Position numbers and translations under genes: made by a program
DNA from: Magallana gigas
Lineage: Eukaryota
Reading direction: 5' to 3'
NCBI RefSeq assembly: GCF_963853765.1
Contig: NC_088857.1
Location: forward strand, 9,734,001 to 9,798,000
DNA: 64,000 bases
In this document: one piece after another, positions 50,301 through 63,029 of the stretch
Layout of the letters: every line of letters starts with the position of its first letter
How positions within the stretch are numbered: position 1 is the stretch's first letter
Notes under the pieces: model-generated
What the model was told of the DNA's origin: nothing
The model's input: only the letters and a program-made list of their open reading frames with translations
Databases searched by the model: none

Positions 50301-51691
50301 GAAAGCAAGAAGAATACAGATGTAGTGAACAGAAGTGACAAGGAAGAGACAAACAAAACCAATTTGTCAACAGGAACTAAAAGTACACTCACAGTTTCTA
50401 CAGCTTCAACACAAAAAGAAAACAAATCTCTCGATAAAAAAACGACCTTGTTTAAAATAGGCGATGTGTATTATCAGTTAGTTGTGAAAGATGGCAAGCA
50501 ATTCTTGGTACCAAATGGACAACAACTGCTTATTGGTCAACCAGATGTGCCTGCTTCAGAGCAGAAGAAAAAAATTGCAGAGTTAGGAACAGGAAAGAAT
50601 ATTTCAAACTCATATAAAAGAAAGCTGATTGGAGAGGCAAGTTTTACTTATTTTGTAAACATTAATGACACAACAAAAAAAAAACCTTTTTGTGCAAAGA
50701 CATCATTTGAAACGCTACATTTTTGCAAGTATTGGGTCCTTTTGCCGAAATTTGAGCAAAATTAGAAATCCAATAGAATTTTGCCTATCCAAAATTGCAT
50801 ATTTTTTTGCCTATTTGTATACTTCTTTTTCATCATGCTATCTTTCTCTAGATCTGATCATGATCAAATAATTTTCTGCTGATTTGAGAAACTATTTCAA
50901 GGTGTAGTGAGCCACCTTAATGTACAAATGTTAATGTAATGGAGGACCTGAGTTCATGAAAAAAAAACCATAGCATTTATTTATCATCTTTTTCTGCAAT
51001 GTTGGATTGTGTAAAGTGTAAAATGTATGTTTTTATTAAAGCAGGAATACCATATAGTTAACCCGTTGGCTAAAGCATACCAAAACAAAAGACCCAAAAC
51101 ATCACATGCAAAGGAAGAAAAGAAAGGTAATATTCCTCTTGCAATTTCATTTTTAGCCTAATGGTTGGAGGTGAATTTTAGTGTGATTTTAATATCTAAT
51201 TTGTCTATTGTTACTTATTTAAACATTACAGGAATTACATGTAACAACTTCTCTGAAACAATTTTACTTGTTTTAATCAAAACTAAGGTACAATATCTGC
51301 AGAAAATGGATAGTATTACTGTCATTGAAAATGTTCTACATAAACAACACAATTCATATAATTATTCATATTAAATGATGAGTGAGAAAAATCCATCAAA
51401 ATTTGTAAAATTTCCATCCTTTAGTCATTTTTCAGTCTTACAGCAAGACATATTTCATGATATCATACAAGGTTGTGATACTAAGGATCTTTTCAGCTCT
51501 ACCCCTTAAAACCATAAAATATATAATATCTTTTCTATGTTTTAATTCTAGCAATTAATGTTTTGAAAAATCATTTTTTTTTCTTCAGAATCAACTCAAG
51601 ATTTAACTCCAGAATCTGAAAGTGACCCAGAAGAAGTAACCACTGAGGAAGAGCAAGAGAGACTGGTAATTTATGAACACACACACATGCA

Positions 51692-51732
<41 letters not shown>

Positions 51733-54700
51733 TCTTTTCTGTGGATACATTATATGATTAACTTTAGAAGACTTTAACTATTTAAAAGAACCCTTAATTA
51801 GGATATATGCCCTCATTTATTCTATTTTCTACTCTCAGAATAAAAACACACCCAAAGACCAGCTACCTGGAAAACAGGGCCATCCTATATCAGATAAATC
51901 TCAGACTTCAGCGGTTGATCATGAATATACTGGGAGGCGAGAAGTAAATGGCCCTGTGAATTGCCTTAAATGTGATTTCTTTGCAACATACTGGAGAACT
52001 ATGGCAGATCATATGAGGAAGCACAACATGAAGAGATACTGCATCAAGTGCAACAGCTTCATGACCACCAGAAAATTTCCATCTCACTGTTGTAAGCGAA
52101 AGTCATTAAGGAAAGCAAGAAGACAAACATGTTTAGTCTGTTCTAAGCTGGCAAGTAATGCTGTTATGTTGTTCAAACATTACAGAATAAATCACAAATC
52201 AGAGATTGAGAAACATGGCCACTGTAATGCTCTATACAGAAGTGTAAGATCCCAAAGCATCTTTGTTTGCAAAGGATGTTTAAATGTTGAATATTCTGAG
52301 CTCAACATGTTAAGCCATGTGAAGAAAGTTCATATCTGTGTACCCAGTGAAAGAACAAACTCCTTCAGTCATCTGCTTCACAAAAATGAACCAGTCTGTG
52401 CTTGCCCGGTGTGCTGGCTTCACTTTCCTGAGAGAAAACACCTTGATTACCACTTGAATGTCTTCCATGTCGACAAAGATAACCATAATTGTCATCTGTG
52501 TAATGAAAAATTTAACAGTAAAGAGGACTTAGTCAATCACTACTCTACCCACCAGCCCAACATTAAGTACAGCTGTGGAATCTGCAAAGAGTTCATAGAG
52601 CCCATGAGTTGTCTACAGGAAGTTATAAATCACAGAAATGCCCTCCATCCAACCAACAGCCTTCATGCTCTGCTGTTATGCCCAGTGTCTGGTTGTAACA
52701 AGAGCTTTGATGAAGATACAGAATTTCTGCAGCACATGACCCATCATGAAATAGGACAAAAGTACAAACACAAATGCTCGAAATGCGAGTTTAGCGCCTC
52801 CTCTGAGAATATCTCTGCCAGGCATGCTGCAAAATTCCATTATGAACCAGAAAGGCGATGTAACATATGCACAAAGCGGTTTAAAACACCATCAGAACTT
52901 GATACTCATCTGGAAAAGCATGATGAAGAGATGTATATATGTGAGTATTGTGGAAAAATCAACTCCAACAGTTCACTGCACAGCCAGCATATGAAGAAGC
53001 ACAGGGAACGGATGAAACCGAACACGCTTTTCTGTGAAGTGTGTGGTGAAGGATTCAGGGCAGAGCCGTACTTAGCCAAGCACATGTTTGTCTATCATCC
53101 AGAAGTCAAACACAGCATAGTGCCAACACATTTCCCGTGTATCTATTGTGATCACAACAGTTTGTCTTCAGTGGCCTTTCGGCAGCATATGTCCTCTCAC
53201 AGGAAGATAAACCCGTACCTTTGCAGTTTTTGTGATAGACGCTTCTGTGATAAGAACCTGTTGAAAAAACATTTAATTAAACATAAGCAAGGAATAAGTA
53301 AGAAGTTTAGGTAAGTTTGTGTTAGTTTTATCATATGTAACTGTTGTTTATTGTCATTATCCAGACTGTAATACCCTGACTCCAGTATATCTTATGATTA
53401 ATGTGTATTTTTCATGAGTGCATAATTATAATCATCTAGATAATTAACGACATGATATAAGTATACAGTAGTACATGACTGTATTAAATGATAAGAGTGA
53501 GATAATCTTCACTGCTTGCCATCAGGGCTTTCATTAGGGGTGGAATGAGTATAGATTCATGCCCATTTCTATGATCAAATTTTACCACTCTAATATCATA
53601 ATAAGATAAATACACAATTCGAAAAAAAATGAAAAACTAGCCTCTTCTTATTGATAAATTCATCTCTCCATTTCCAAGTTATTGAAAGCCCACATTGCTA
53701 TTTTTGAGTACTATAAATTTCTTATTCCTTGTGTATACTTAATTCCACTGTTTTATATCAAATTGCAAGTCAGAATATAAAATTGCACCAATTTTTGGTT
53801 ACCTGGTATAATTTCTATAGTTTAAAACTGTCTGAAAAATAAAAATGAGATTTTAAAAATATGTTAGGGTTGCTTCTCACAATTTTGCATTGATTTTAAA
53901 TTTCCTCGCATTTAATTTGGAATCTACAGTATCGTCAGTCTAATTTATGTAATATACAAGTCTTGATCTGTGGTATAAAAAAAAATGTTTGTTTAGTAGT
54001 GGTTCCTTGATATCTCTCATTATACAGTATCTGTAAGTTATGGTAGGGATTATAAATATAAAGCCTTTCTTATTTTGACAGGTGCTTTGTATGCCATATT
54101 GATAGAGAGGCCCATGACATGAGGACTCACTTGCAAGGAGAACCCCACAAAAACAACTGTCAATTAGCTGGCATCGATGTTCAAAATTACAATCAGGACC
54201 TTTTAAATGCAATGCCTTCCAAATCAGAGATGCTGGAACGACCAAGAAATTCAGATGATGAAAAAAGTTACGTAGACCGGTGCGTGAAGATCCACGAGGA
54301 CCATTGTCAGAAAGCAGCACGAGTGATAGCAGAAAGAGAGACTTACTCAGTGATGATGTCGGACGGACAGGAGCTACAGATCGACATGCAGTCTAATAAC
54401 GCCCAGTGCCAAGAGTGTGGTTTGGTGTTCAAGACCGATGCAGATCTAGAAGAGCACAGACGTTTTGTCAAACGTATAGGTTTCAAAGCACTTAGAAACA
54501 ATTTCACCTGCCAGGTTTGTGACATCTATCTCTTTGGTAAGATAACTGTTGTGGAGCATGCTGGAACTGAGAGGCACATCGAGCTTTGCCAGAGGAAGGG
54601 AATCGACCCTGGTGATGTTCTGGACAAGAATAAGATTCCCAACAAGTTGCGCATAGCTAAAAGAAAACAAATTTCAAGGGATGGGTATAGATGCAAGATT

Positions 54701-55684
54701 TGTGATATCTATTTAAAAAGTAAAGAGAGTAAGGATTCACACATTGAAAAAGCATTCCATGTCGATAAGTGTCAAGAGCTTGGGGTGGATCCTGCTGGGG
54801 ACCACTTTGAAGATTACAATGATGAAAAGAAGTTGAAGAAAAAGGTTAAAACATGGCAACAGGAGCGGGTGAAGAAACCTAAAGAGATGAAAAGGGACAA
54901 AGTAATCACAACAAGGAAGAAGAGACGAGTCATGATTGAACTCCAAGGTGTGAAAGTTCCTAAAATGGTTGCATTTGGCTGTCTGGTGTGCGGTGTGGAT
55001 TTGAGTGACAGGACTCAAACCATAGATCATCTGAACACTTCAAAACACATCATAAACTGTGTATGTAGAGGAATTCATTCGGGTCCTGCTAATCTTAAAA
55101 TCATAATTGATGATTATCATTCAGTGATTGGGAAATCCATAGCAGAACTTCTAGGAATCCCCTCTACTTCCACGTTCCCGCTATCAGAGACAGACAAAAC
55201 GCTTTATCAGAAACAGATACAAGAGGCAGAATCTGCAAAAACACGGAAAAAGAGGATTTCAGTAGAAGCAACAAAAACCCTTGAGAACACCATCGACCTC
55301 CTAGAGAAGAAGCTGTTCAGCCCTGGCACTTTGAAAACAGTATCGCCACAGAAACCATCACGAAGCTATACACAGGGACAGCCAATCTCCAGTGGTGATA
55401 TATCGACCTCAAACAATTCACAAAATGACGTTTATCAATCGAATTCGGTTTCCTTTAATGTTGCTATTCCTGTGTACCAAGGTACATTCGTGCCACCGTC
55501 ACCAAGTAGCAAAAAGAGGACGGCAGTTCGCAACGTACCTATGCAGAGTGTGATCGACGAGGGACAAGTGATAGCGGAGGACCAGATTCTCTATGATGAC
55601 GTCACAGAGGTGCCCGATATCTCCCAGAACACGGCTTTAGCAGCCTTTGGCACAGAAGCAGCAAATTTAGACTCGTTCAAGTAG
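44353..55684 (+). CDS. Large multi-zinc-finger protein (~1977 aa): ZAD-like C4 motif, long low-complexity region, ~13-14 C2H2 fingers, four matrin/JAZ-type fingers. Exons 44353-44484, 44871-45018, 48217-50636, 51045-51126, 51589-51665, 51839-53310, 54082-55684
   Basis: All junction phases are compatible (0,1,0,1,0,2) and the total of 5934 nt is open. Intron 50637-51044 begins GCAAGT. The start codon is uncertain (44353 or 44419, or an upstream exon). Confidence 0.85.
45797..48114 (+). mobile_element. ~2.3-kb Helentron/DINE-1-like non-autonomous element with tandem ~166-177-bp core repeats, in intron 2 of the ZF gene
   Basis: 15-bp subterminal IR AGCTCACCGAGACGA (45801-45815) / TCGTCTCGGTGAGCT (48076-48090); (GGCGTC)n microsatellite at ~45844-45879; core unit periods of 166 and 177 bp. 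Confidence 0.85.
47000..47940. repeat. AT-rich degenerate low-complexity tract (ATATTGTAT/ATATGATAC-like units) inside the Helentron-like element
   Basis: About 940 bp of cryptic short-period repeats. Confidence 0.85.
49989..50255 (+). repeat. Coding 42-bp (14-aa) tandem repeat, ~6.3 copies (SSNSGTKPANPMPA)
   Basis: TCATCAAATTCTGGAACAAAACCAGCCAATCCTATGCCTGCA units at a 42-nt period within ZF gene exon 3. Confidence 0.9.
51677..51735. repeat. Compound (CA)n(CT)n microsatellite, intronic
   Basis: Direct reading. Confidence 0.95.
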
Positions 55685-58664
55685 TTCTCAAGAATTTTAA
55701 ATTTTCTTTGTTAAAGAGAGTTTTAAAGGAATTTGCCTCTTTTTTAAACGTTACATTGTTTATTATTGGATAAATCTTATTGGAAAGATTTGGAATTTTC
55801 AACCATTATAATTATAATGGTAAAACTCAAAATGCATGCAATAGAAGAACATTTAGACTGATTTTGCTTCTACAGAATAAGCTTTATTTTGACATTCTTT
55901 TCTATTTCGATAGATAATGACTGTTTTGTTCATTACTGTTTGCGAACTATTTGTTAAGGAGTTCATTCATTTGATAATTGCCGGAAACACTTGTAACATA
56001 TGTCCAGTATCGCACAAGGTTATTGCGAGACTTGTCACATGCACGAAGTTTTTGGCTGTCTTCTAGGCTTGTTGTAAGTTTTGTTTTATATAATCATTTT
56101 GTTCAATTATCTGTACAATAATAAAGTATTACCATGACTTGAATATTGTTTCCTTTGAAATCACGAAATGGAATGTGTAATGATACAATTTAGTACTTGT
56201 AGTTTCATAGGGGATTAAGTATTTGATTTAGATTGTCGATTGTTGACTTCAGTAGAATTATGATATATTTGAGATAAGTCTAAATTGATGCGCAGTTTAG
56301 AACAATTATATACCCATCCCCCTTCGAGTATTGGCGTCGTTAATCGCCTGTAGTGTATAATAGCATTGCATTGTAGTGTTTTTTAGTGATGCTACAGATG
56401 GGTTGGTTTTCTCACAACAAGCGCATCTTTTTTATTTTATTTTTTTAAATATGGTAAGTTTGTTTTTCAAAAAGATAAGAATGTGATTATGGCTCCATAT
56501 ATGGTTTATTGCACAAAACTTGACTAGAAAGAAAATTTGATTTTTTTTTATACAAACGAGTGGGACGCCAAGACATAATTAATTGTGTAAGGATTTGCTG
56601 CGAAAACATTATTTTCTTTCAGTATGTGCATCACTTACCCTTCCCACCTTAAGTGTGTAAATGATAATTGCTTCAAAGGGAGAGGGGAGGTGTTTGGTGC
56701 GCGTTCTCTTTAATTTAAACATCCCCCCCCGCTACACACACACACACACGCAGAAATAGTCTGATGTTTTGGGGTGTACATGGTTTTAACTCTGTGTAAG
56801 TGAAAGTTTATGAATAAAATTATGGGGAAAAACTCCGTGAAAGTGTGAATTTAAAAGATTAGTTCAATGTGCCACTTTAATAGACACAATATCTACTCTA
56901 CACGGAAATGAGGTGACAAAACAATATGGATATGGAAAAATAACATTATAATTATAAACATACAAACCCTAATTATTTTTTATAAACGAATTGTGCCCTC
57001 CACCCGACTTTTTGGGACACTGCCAACAGAATATATTAAGGAAAGTTAATATACCGACCAACTTGAATATACGAGGAATTTATAGACCCCCACCCAACGG
57101 ACCAAAATTTTAATATTAGTGAAGTTAGAGTCACTGTGTTCAATCCCCCAACCACTTTAAAAAGCTCTGCTACGTCGTTCATGAAATCCGCCCTTTTGAC
57201 ATATCAGATATTGTAATATGCGTTTGAATACTGAAAAAAAGATATTTATATGTGTACATACATGATATATCCCCATAAATGTGCTTAAAAATTTAGCAAA
57301 TATTTTAGTTATCATATCCGATCCTGTTATTGTGAAGTGCATATTGAAGAGTTTGCTTCCTATAATTAAGTATTCGTATAAATATTGTAAAATCGTTTTT
57401 ATAGAATTTTGAATAAATAGATCAAACTCAAAATAGATAGAATAATATTTTAACCATATATAAACAAAGATAAATTATATCCCGGTTGATCGATAGATTG
57501 GAACTGCGAAATTTCCTTTGACGTTTGTGTCACAAGGTCTGTTTCCGATTTGAAAGTGCATAGAGAACTCGTCTGTTGGTAAGGTCTTTTTGGTTATTTT
57601 GCAAAATCTATCATCCGGTATTGGTAAGAAAATTTTTGTTTGAAAGAAAAAAATTGTACATAAAAATCAATCGAAATTTTTTGACATTTTTATGAAATAT
57701 TTGACGAGAAGCTGTACGGGTAGGAACACTGTGGTTTTTTAATGTATCGGGAATGGGTATACCGGTATAAGATTGTCCTAAAGATTTCAAGTACATGTAT
57801 AGCTTTATTCAAAAAGGGTTTCCATATTAATTAATATTAATCGTTTGTAATATATTTGAATATTCACATTTTCAAATGTCTTTGTCTTTGAATAAACTAC
57901 GTAACGATTTTGCATAGTCCAGTACATTTCGTGATTTTCATCAATGACTTTTAATATAAAATCGTATAATTACTAAAAATTATAAAAGGAACCATTCTTT
58001 TCATAATCAAAGAATAATACATTATTCCTTAATCCATACCTGATACCGAATTACGTAACACAATCTGTCATCTAATAAAGTCACAAATATATTATAAGTG
58101 GGAATATGATTCATAATGTGTGTACAAGTTTAATTTCATTGAATGTAATTTTCATATTTGACTTAAGTGTGTATTATAACTGTTCGACATTTTACTACAT
58201 TATATTTAGGTACACCACTCGAGCAAATATTCATGAACGGGAAATCCCCTCATTTACTTCCTCTTTTGAGATATCCTGTTCGATTTCGCTATACTTATGT
58301 TTTAATATAGTTAATGACTATCATAATTGCTTAAAATTGACGTGTTTGCATTTAAGTCGCACCCGACATTTAGATATTGATTTTTCCTTAATGAATCAGG
58401 ATTTTTTCTTACTGGGAGATCTTGGTTATAACTCCCACACGTGCTAATATTTTACAATATATGGTCTTGGGAGAAGTCATTCAGCGATGTTGCATGTTTA
58501 TGGCCAAGAACAAAACTATAGGATTAGTCTATACCCCACAAGTGTTTCCTTACAAGAGGCTTAACCTAGCCTTATATCATGCGGAGCACTGCCGATAAAA
58601 TCAATTTCTGTTCTCTTGTTACAGCTGTATAAAGTAAATAATTCCCAAGTGATCGGATTCAAAC

Positions 58665-59216
58665 ATGAGCATGAAGAAGAAGCAGTCGGATGGTATTAAA
58701 CAACAGGCCATTCATATCCTCTCCATGATGAAAAAACAGAACGAGAAGTTGGAGGACAAAATGAAAAAGTTGGTCAAAACGGATATAGTTACTGCCAAAA
58801 GAGTGTTCGAATCGGACGTGGACGGGTGGACGCCCGTACATGCCTGTACCCTGAAAGGAAGCAAGAACCTGCTGAAAATCATGATCAGTTCCGGAATAGA
58901 TGTCAATTTCCGAATGGGTCAACCGGAAGGACTTCCCGGGGAGTGTTCCCTGCTCCACATAGCAGCGTACAGGGGCGATGTCAAAATCTGTAAATATCTG
59001 ATCAGTCGCGGTGCTCGCGTCGACATCCAGGATGGCTGTGACAGGACTCCACTGTATTACGCGCAGACGAAACAACACAATCGAGTTGTTGAGTTGTTAA
59101 AGCAGAAGGACAGAGGTTTGACTTTGACAAACAAAGATCAGGACATCGTGATGGTGGACGAGTGCCCCACCCCACAACCCAGCAAATTCTGTTTCTTCCC
59201 TCAACTGAAAAGTTGA
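58665..59216 (+). CDS. 183-aa ankyrin-repeat protein (about 3 repeats), single coding exon
   Basis: DGWTPVHAC..G..NLLKIMISSGIDVN; SLLHIAAYRGDVKICKYLISRGARVD; DRTPLYYA....NRVVELL. Splice acceptor TTACAG at ~58624 precedes the ATG. Confidence 0.9.
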   Translation: MSMKKKQSDGIKQQAIHILSMMKKQNEKLEDKMKKLVKTDIVTAKRVFESDVDGWTPVHACTLKGSKNLLKIMISSGIDVNFRMGQPEGLPGECSLLHIAAYRGDVKICKYLISRGARVDIQDGCDRTPLYYAQTKQHNRVVELLKQKDRGLTLTNKDQDIVMVDECPTPQPSKFCFFPQLKS

Positions 59217-59493
59217 CATAATTATGTTTTTACATGCTATGGATTGCTCGGACGACTTATTTATTTTTATTTAATTTGTTGAAGTTTTTTTTGCAATTGA
59301 AAGAATTGTTATAAGAGTATGGTATTCACTTTTAAGATTTATTATTCAACATGAGTTTCGATAAACAATTTTTGTCACTTTTAGTGCAGGATGTAATATT
59401 GTAAATGTATTATAACATATACATGTAATATTGAAGAATACCATCTTAATGTTCACTGTAGTGTACGTAGAATCTAATATAGTACGCAGAATC

Positions 59494-59531
59494 GTGTGTG
59501 TGTGTGTGTGAATATATATATATATATATAT
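59494..59531. repeat. Compound (GT)n(AT)n microsatellite
   Basis: Direct reading. Confidence 0.95.
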
Positions 59532-60737
59532 AATTTTTTTGCACAGATTGTGTCAAAACCATGTGCGTAGAATACAATCGTTTTAACTGAATTTGACATT
59601 ATATTAGTTATGAGTTTTACTGTACAGTGCCCAATTGTGAGTGTAACACGTTTTGTTTTCAACAATGTGCTACAGTACCATTGTGAATGACAAGACCCCC
59701 TTACACGTTGTACATGTGTTACTGTTAAATACTAGTTCATGTAGTTGAATCTGTTTGAATGGTCGATTTGCAGTTTTGAAGTTTTTGATGCTATTATTCG
59801 AAATCAATTCATTGTTATTTAAATCAAAATAGTTCAATTTTGACATATTCTGAAATTAAAAAAAGAACACCTTGAAACAATTTAGTACGTTTTGTTTACG
59901 ATGTTGTTATAATCATAGGCGCACCCGTCTAAATCAGTGTAAGATAAAAATGTTTATCCTCAAACTACAAAATGTCTGCAACTAGCTGACATCATAAACT
60001 CTTGACCGAGAGTAACTATAGTTTTGAACTACACCCTTTTCTAAAACATATAGTTTATTTTTAAAATAAAGGTTACCGCCTTAAGGTAAACTTCTAAACA
60101 GCAATAGTTCTAATAATCTAGAGGAAATAAATAACTTTAAAGAGTATACGATAGTCATTAGCTGTATTTCAACTTAACATTTGATTTTGGATAGTTCTAA
60201 ATGAAAGTAGCTTGGACATTAATTTTACCATATGGTTGGAAATTCAAGGAATTATTGGTAGCACTGAAAGTCTGAAAGGGAGTTGTGTGCGTACACGGCC
60301 ACGTACACACCTACGTTGATCGCTTGAAAAGAACAGGAATTCGAATTTGGAGTATAACGATGATAGAGAATCAAGGAAAAACTTTATTGTTCTTAACAGA
60401 ACTAATATATATGTCATGAAATTTTGATCACGAGAATTCATTATGATATGCTCTGGTTGACCCACATTAATTCATATTAATAAGAGTTTAATGATATTCC
60501 CATGTAAGAATCTTGAATTTTTTTTCCAGAGGTGGTCCAAGGGATAATTGTGTTTCCCGTGAGATAAGGGTTTTTTTTTTTGGGGGGGGGGGGGGGTTAT
60601 TGTCAAAAAAGGGAGGTGGTGGCGAATCATCAGTTCAAAGTGTCTATGCAAAATATAACTAAAACATGTGTGATGTCTTCATGGTTTAATCGTTTTGAAC
60701 AATACAGCTCAACCTCTCACAAAAAACAGCATAGAAA

Positions 60738-62366
60738 TCAAGGGGCGTCGGGATCCGCCACGCAGTGACATTTTCCGTCGATACAGCGCCGCCTGTCGGG
60801 GTTGGCGCAATGCATCGTGCCTATCCCAGGCAGAGTAATGAACGTGTTATAGTAGGTGCAGGGACATTCTGGAATAGCGATATGTAAACAAAAAACAATA
60901 CTTGTGTTATATTACAAAGTATTGACGTGTAATCATAATCTAATTATGGTTGGTTTCTTCTTCAGTTATGTTTATTTAAGAACCAATCCTTTGCTCCACC
61001 GAAGGATTATAAAGAAATATTATATCACGTACAAGGATGATCTATATCAAGCATCGAGATGATGAAGTAATATCGAGACAGTATACCCTTTTTTATACAC
61101 AAGAGGTCTTTATTTATAATAGCATTGACGAATGAATAACAAATTTTAAGCGTATAACTTAAGGTGGTATGGGTCACTTCCATGTTGTGACGTATTGTTG
61201 ATCGAAATGAACAATAAAACTAAGTGTAATTATATATGTAGTTTCTTTCCCAATATTGTCACCTAACAGCGTAGCGCAGTGGGTTAGAGGGTTTACTACT
61301 AATCTGTAAGTCATGATCAGTTCAAATCACGCTGGGGATTTAAAAATTTTACCTCTCCAAATATTTTAAAAGCTAGTTTTTTGGTTAAATATTGTAAAAT
61401 TTGAAAATTCTAAACCGGTGAAAGTATTTCAATTATAATGTACTTTAATTTACATTAATATCGACAGATGTCCCATACCATGCACCTTAAGTTTGAAATG
61501 CTGCAATAACACAATTGCTTAAAGGGCATTGCACTCACCTGAAGAACTGGTTGTTTTTACAGTGACGAAAGAAGTTGTTTGTGAAGAAATTGTTGTTGGT
61601 TTGGTAGTTGTTGGCATTGTTGTTGTTTCGGTTGTAGTTGGCAATGTAGTTGGCTTGGTAGTTGTTGGCAATGTTGTTGGTTTGGTAGTTGTTGGCAATG
61701 TAGATGGTTTTGTAGTTGGCTTGGTAGTTGTTGGCAATATTGGTTTGGTCGTAGTTGGCAATGTTGATGGTTTCGTAGTTGTTGGCAACGTTGTTGGTTT
61801 AGTAGTTGTTGGCATTGTTGTTGGTTTGGTAGTTGGCTTGGTACTTGTTGCTCGCTCAATAGTCGTCAATTTCATAGTTGTTGATTTGATTTCTGTTGAC
61901 AAAACTGGTTTTGGTGTTGAAGACTGCGTTGTAGATGGTAATAAAGAAGTTGTTGTTGTCGGTAATGTTGTTGATGACTGTGTTGTTGATGGTTGCGGTG
62001 TTGTTGATTGCTGGGTTGTTGTTGTCGGTAACGTTGTAGATGACTGCGTTGTTGAGGGTTGTGGCGTGGTCGATGTTTGAGTTGTAGTTGTCGGTAATGT
62101 TGTGGATGACTGCGTTGTAGAGGGGGATGGTGTCGTGGATTGCTGGGTTGTTGTTGTCGGCAGTGTTGTCGAAGCTTGTGTTGTTGAGGGCAGTGGAGTT
62201 GTCGGTAATTCGGTTGTGGTTGTCGTATGTCCGTGTCCTCCATGGCTATGTGTCGTGTGGTTCACTGACACTGTTAGAATTGTCAAAACATTAGTTCAAC
62301 TAAATACGTCAAAATTGGGTCGGAATGTCAATGAACAATGGATACCATCTTGCACACACACACACA

Positions 62367-62417
<51 letters not shown>

Positions 62418-63029
62418 CTCCATGAGCAGACGACTGATGACAAATGCAGTGGAAGTGTTCACAGCTGGCTCCCTGGTTGGAGGAACACACATGCGATGTA
62501 CAGTCTGCGTCGTTATGACACCCTATTAAAAATATAGTACTTAAAATCAAAGTATTGCAATAATTTTGTTATGATTGTGGTGCTTTTTGATATGTGCAGC
62601 ACGCTGTTCTATTGTTTGCCCATTCAATCGTTGACGCTCTCTGCTATAATGCTAGATCATAAATATTTGAAAATAATCTTGGCGATTTTACTATAAACAT
62701 ATCAACTATATTCATGTAGCAAATACACAGATATAAATTCGCGTCGACTGATATGGTAAAAGTGTGTTTATAGCTTAAGATATCAACACTCTGAAGGGGT
62801 TTAGGTCACGATTGGAAATACTAGTAATAAGGCCAAATTGATTACAGTTTTAATGCCATATGTAATAGATACCAGACTAAGTAATAAGGTCCTGACATTT
62901 AAAGTTTTAGACAATCTATACTGACGAATGAAAGATTTGGCGTATACCAAATCAAAAGATTGTGCGTGTGTGTGTGTACGTCTGTCTCACCGTTTGAAAC
63001 AGCATCTCTTCGTAATCCCTGGACCCCAT
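60738..63029 (-). CDS. Mucin-like protein with a 244-aa Thr-rich exon between two 6-Cys modules (cvSI-like). Exons 62991-63029, 62418-62522, 61539-62270, 60738-60868; signal-peptide exon not resolved
   Basis: All junctions are phase 1 and GT-AG: DGVQGLRRDAVSN-GCHNDADCTSHVCSSNQGASCEHFHCICH-...(PTTTTQQSTTPQPSTTQSSTTL)n(PTTTKPTTL)n...-ECPCTYYNTFITLPGIGTMHCANPDRRRCIDGKCHCVADPDAP*. Confidence 0.85.
61163..61486 (+). mobile_element. 324-bp TTAA-flanked MITE (Kolobok-like) containing a tRNA-like Pol III head, intronic
   Basis: TTAA|GGTG(GTATGGG)...(CCCATACC)ATGCACC|TTAA. Internal A box TAGCGCAGTGG at 61272-61282 and B box GTTCAAATC at 61320-61328. Confidence 0.75.
62353..62413. repeat. Compound (CA)n(CT)n microsatellite directly after a splice donor
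   Basis: Direct reading. Confidence 0.95.

Noticed and set aside
48629-50425. Minus-strand ORFs inside the large ZF exon (e.g. 49838-50227 with AGFVPEFDD repeats)
   Set aside because: Antisense shadows of the plus-strand coding 42-bp repeat.
57727-57733. CACAGTG heptamer on the minus strand (RAG/Transib-like end); also near 24952 and 57132
   Set aside because: No nonamer at 12/23 spacing and no matching partner terminus found.
61265-61335. Possible tRNA gene
   Set aside because: The cloverleaf stems do not pair convincingly and it lies within a TIR element; treated as a SINE-derived head.
61529-62425. Val-rich and Gln-rich ORFs in the track (61529-62080, 62102-62425, 61557-61859, 61872-62243)
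   Set aside because: Antisense or alternative-frame shadows of the Thr-rich mucin repeat and the CT microsatellite.
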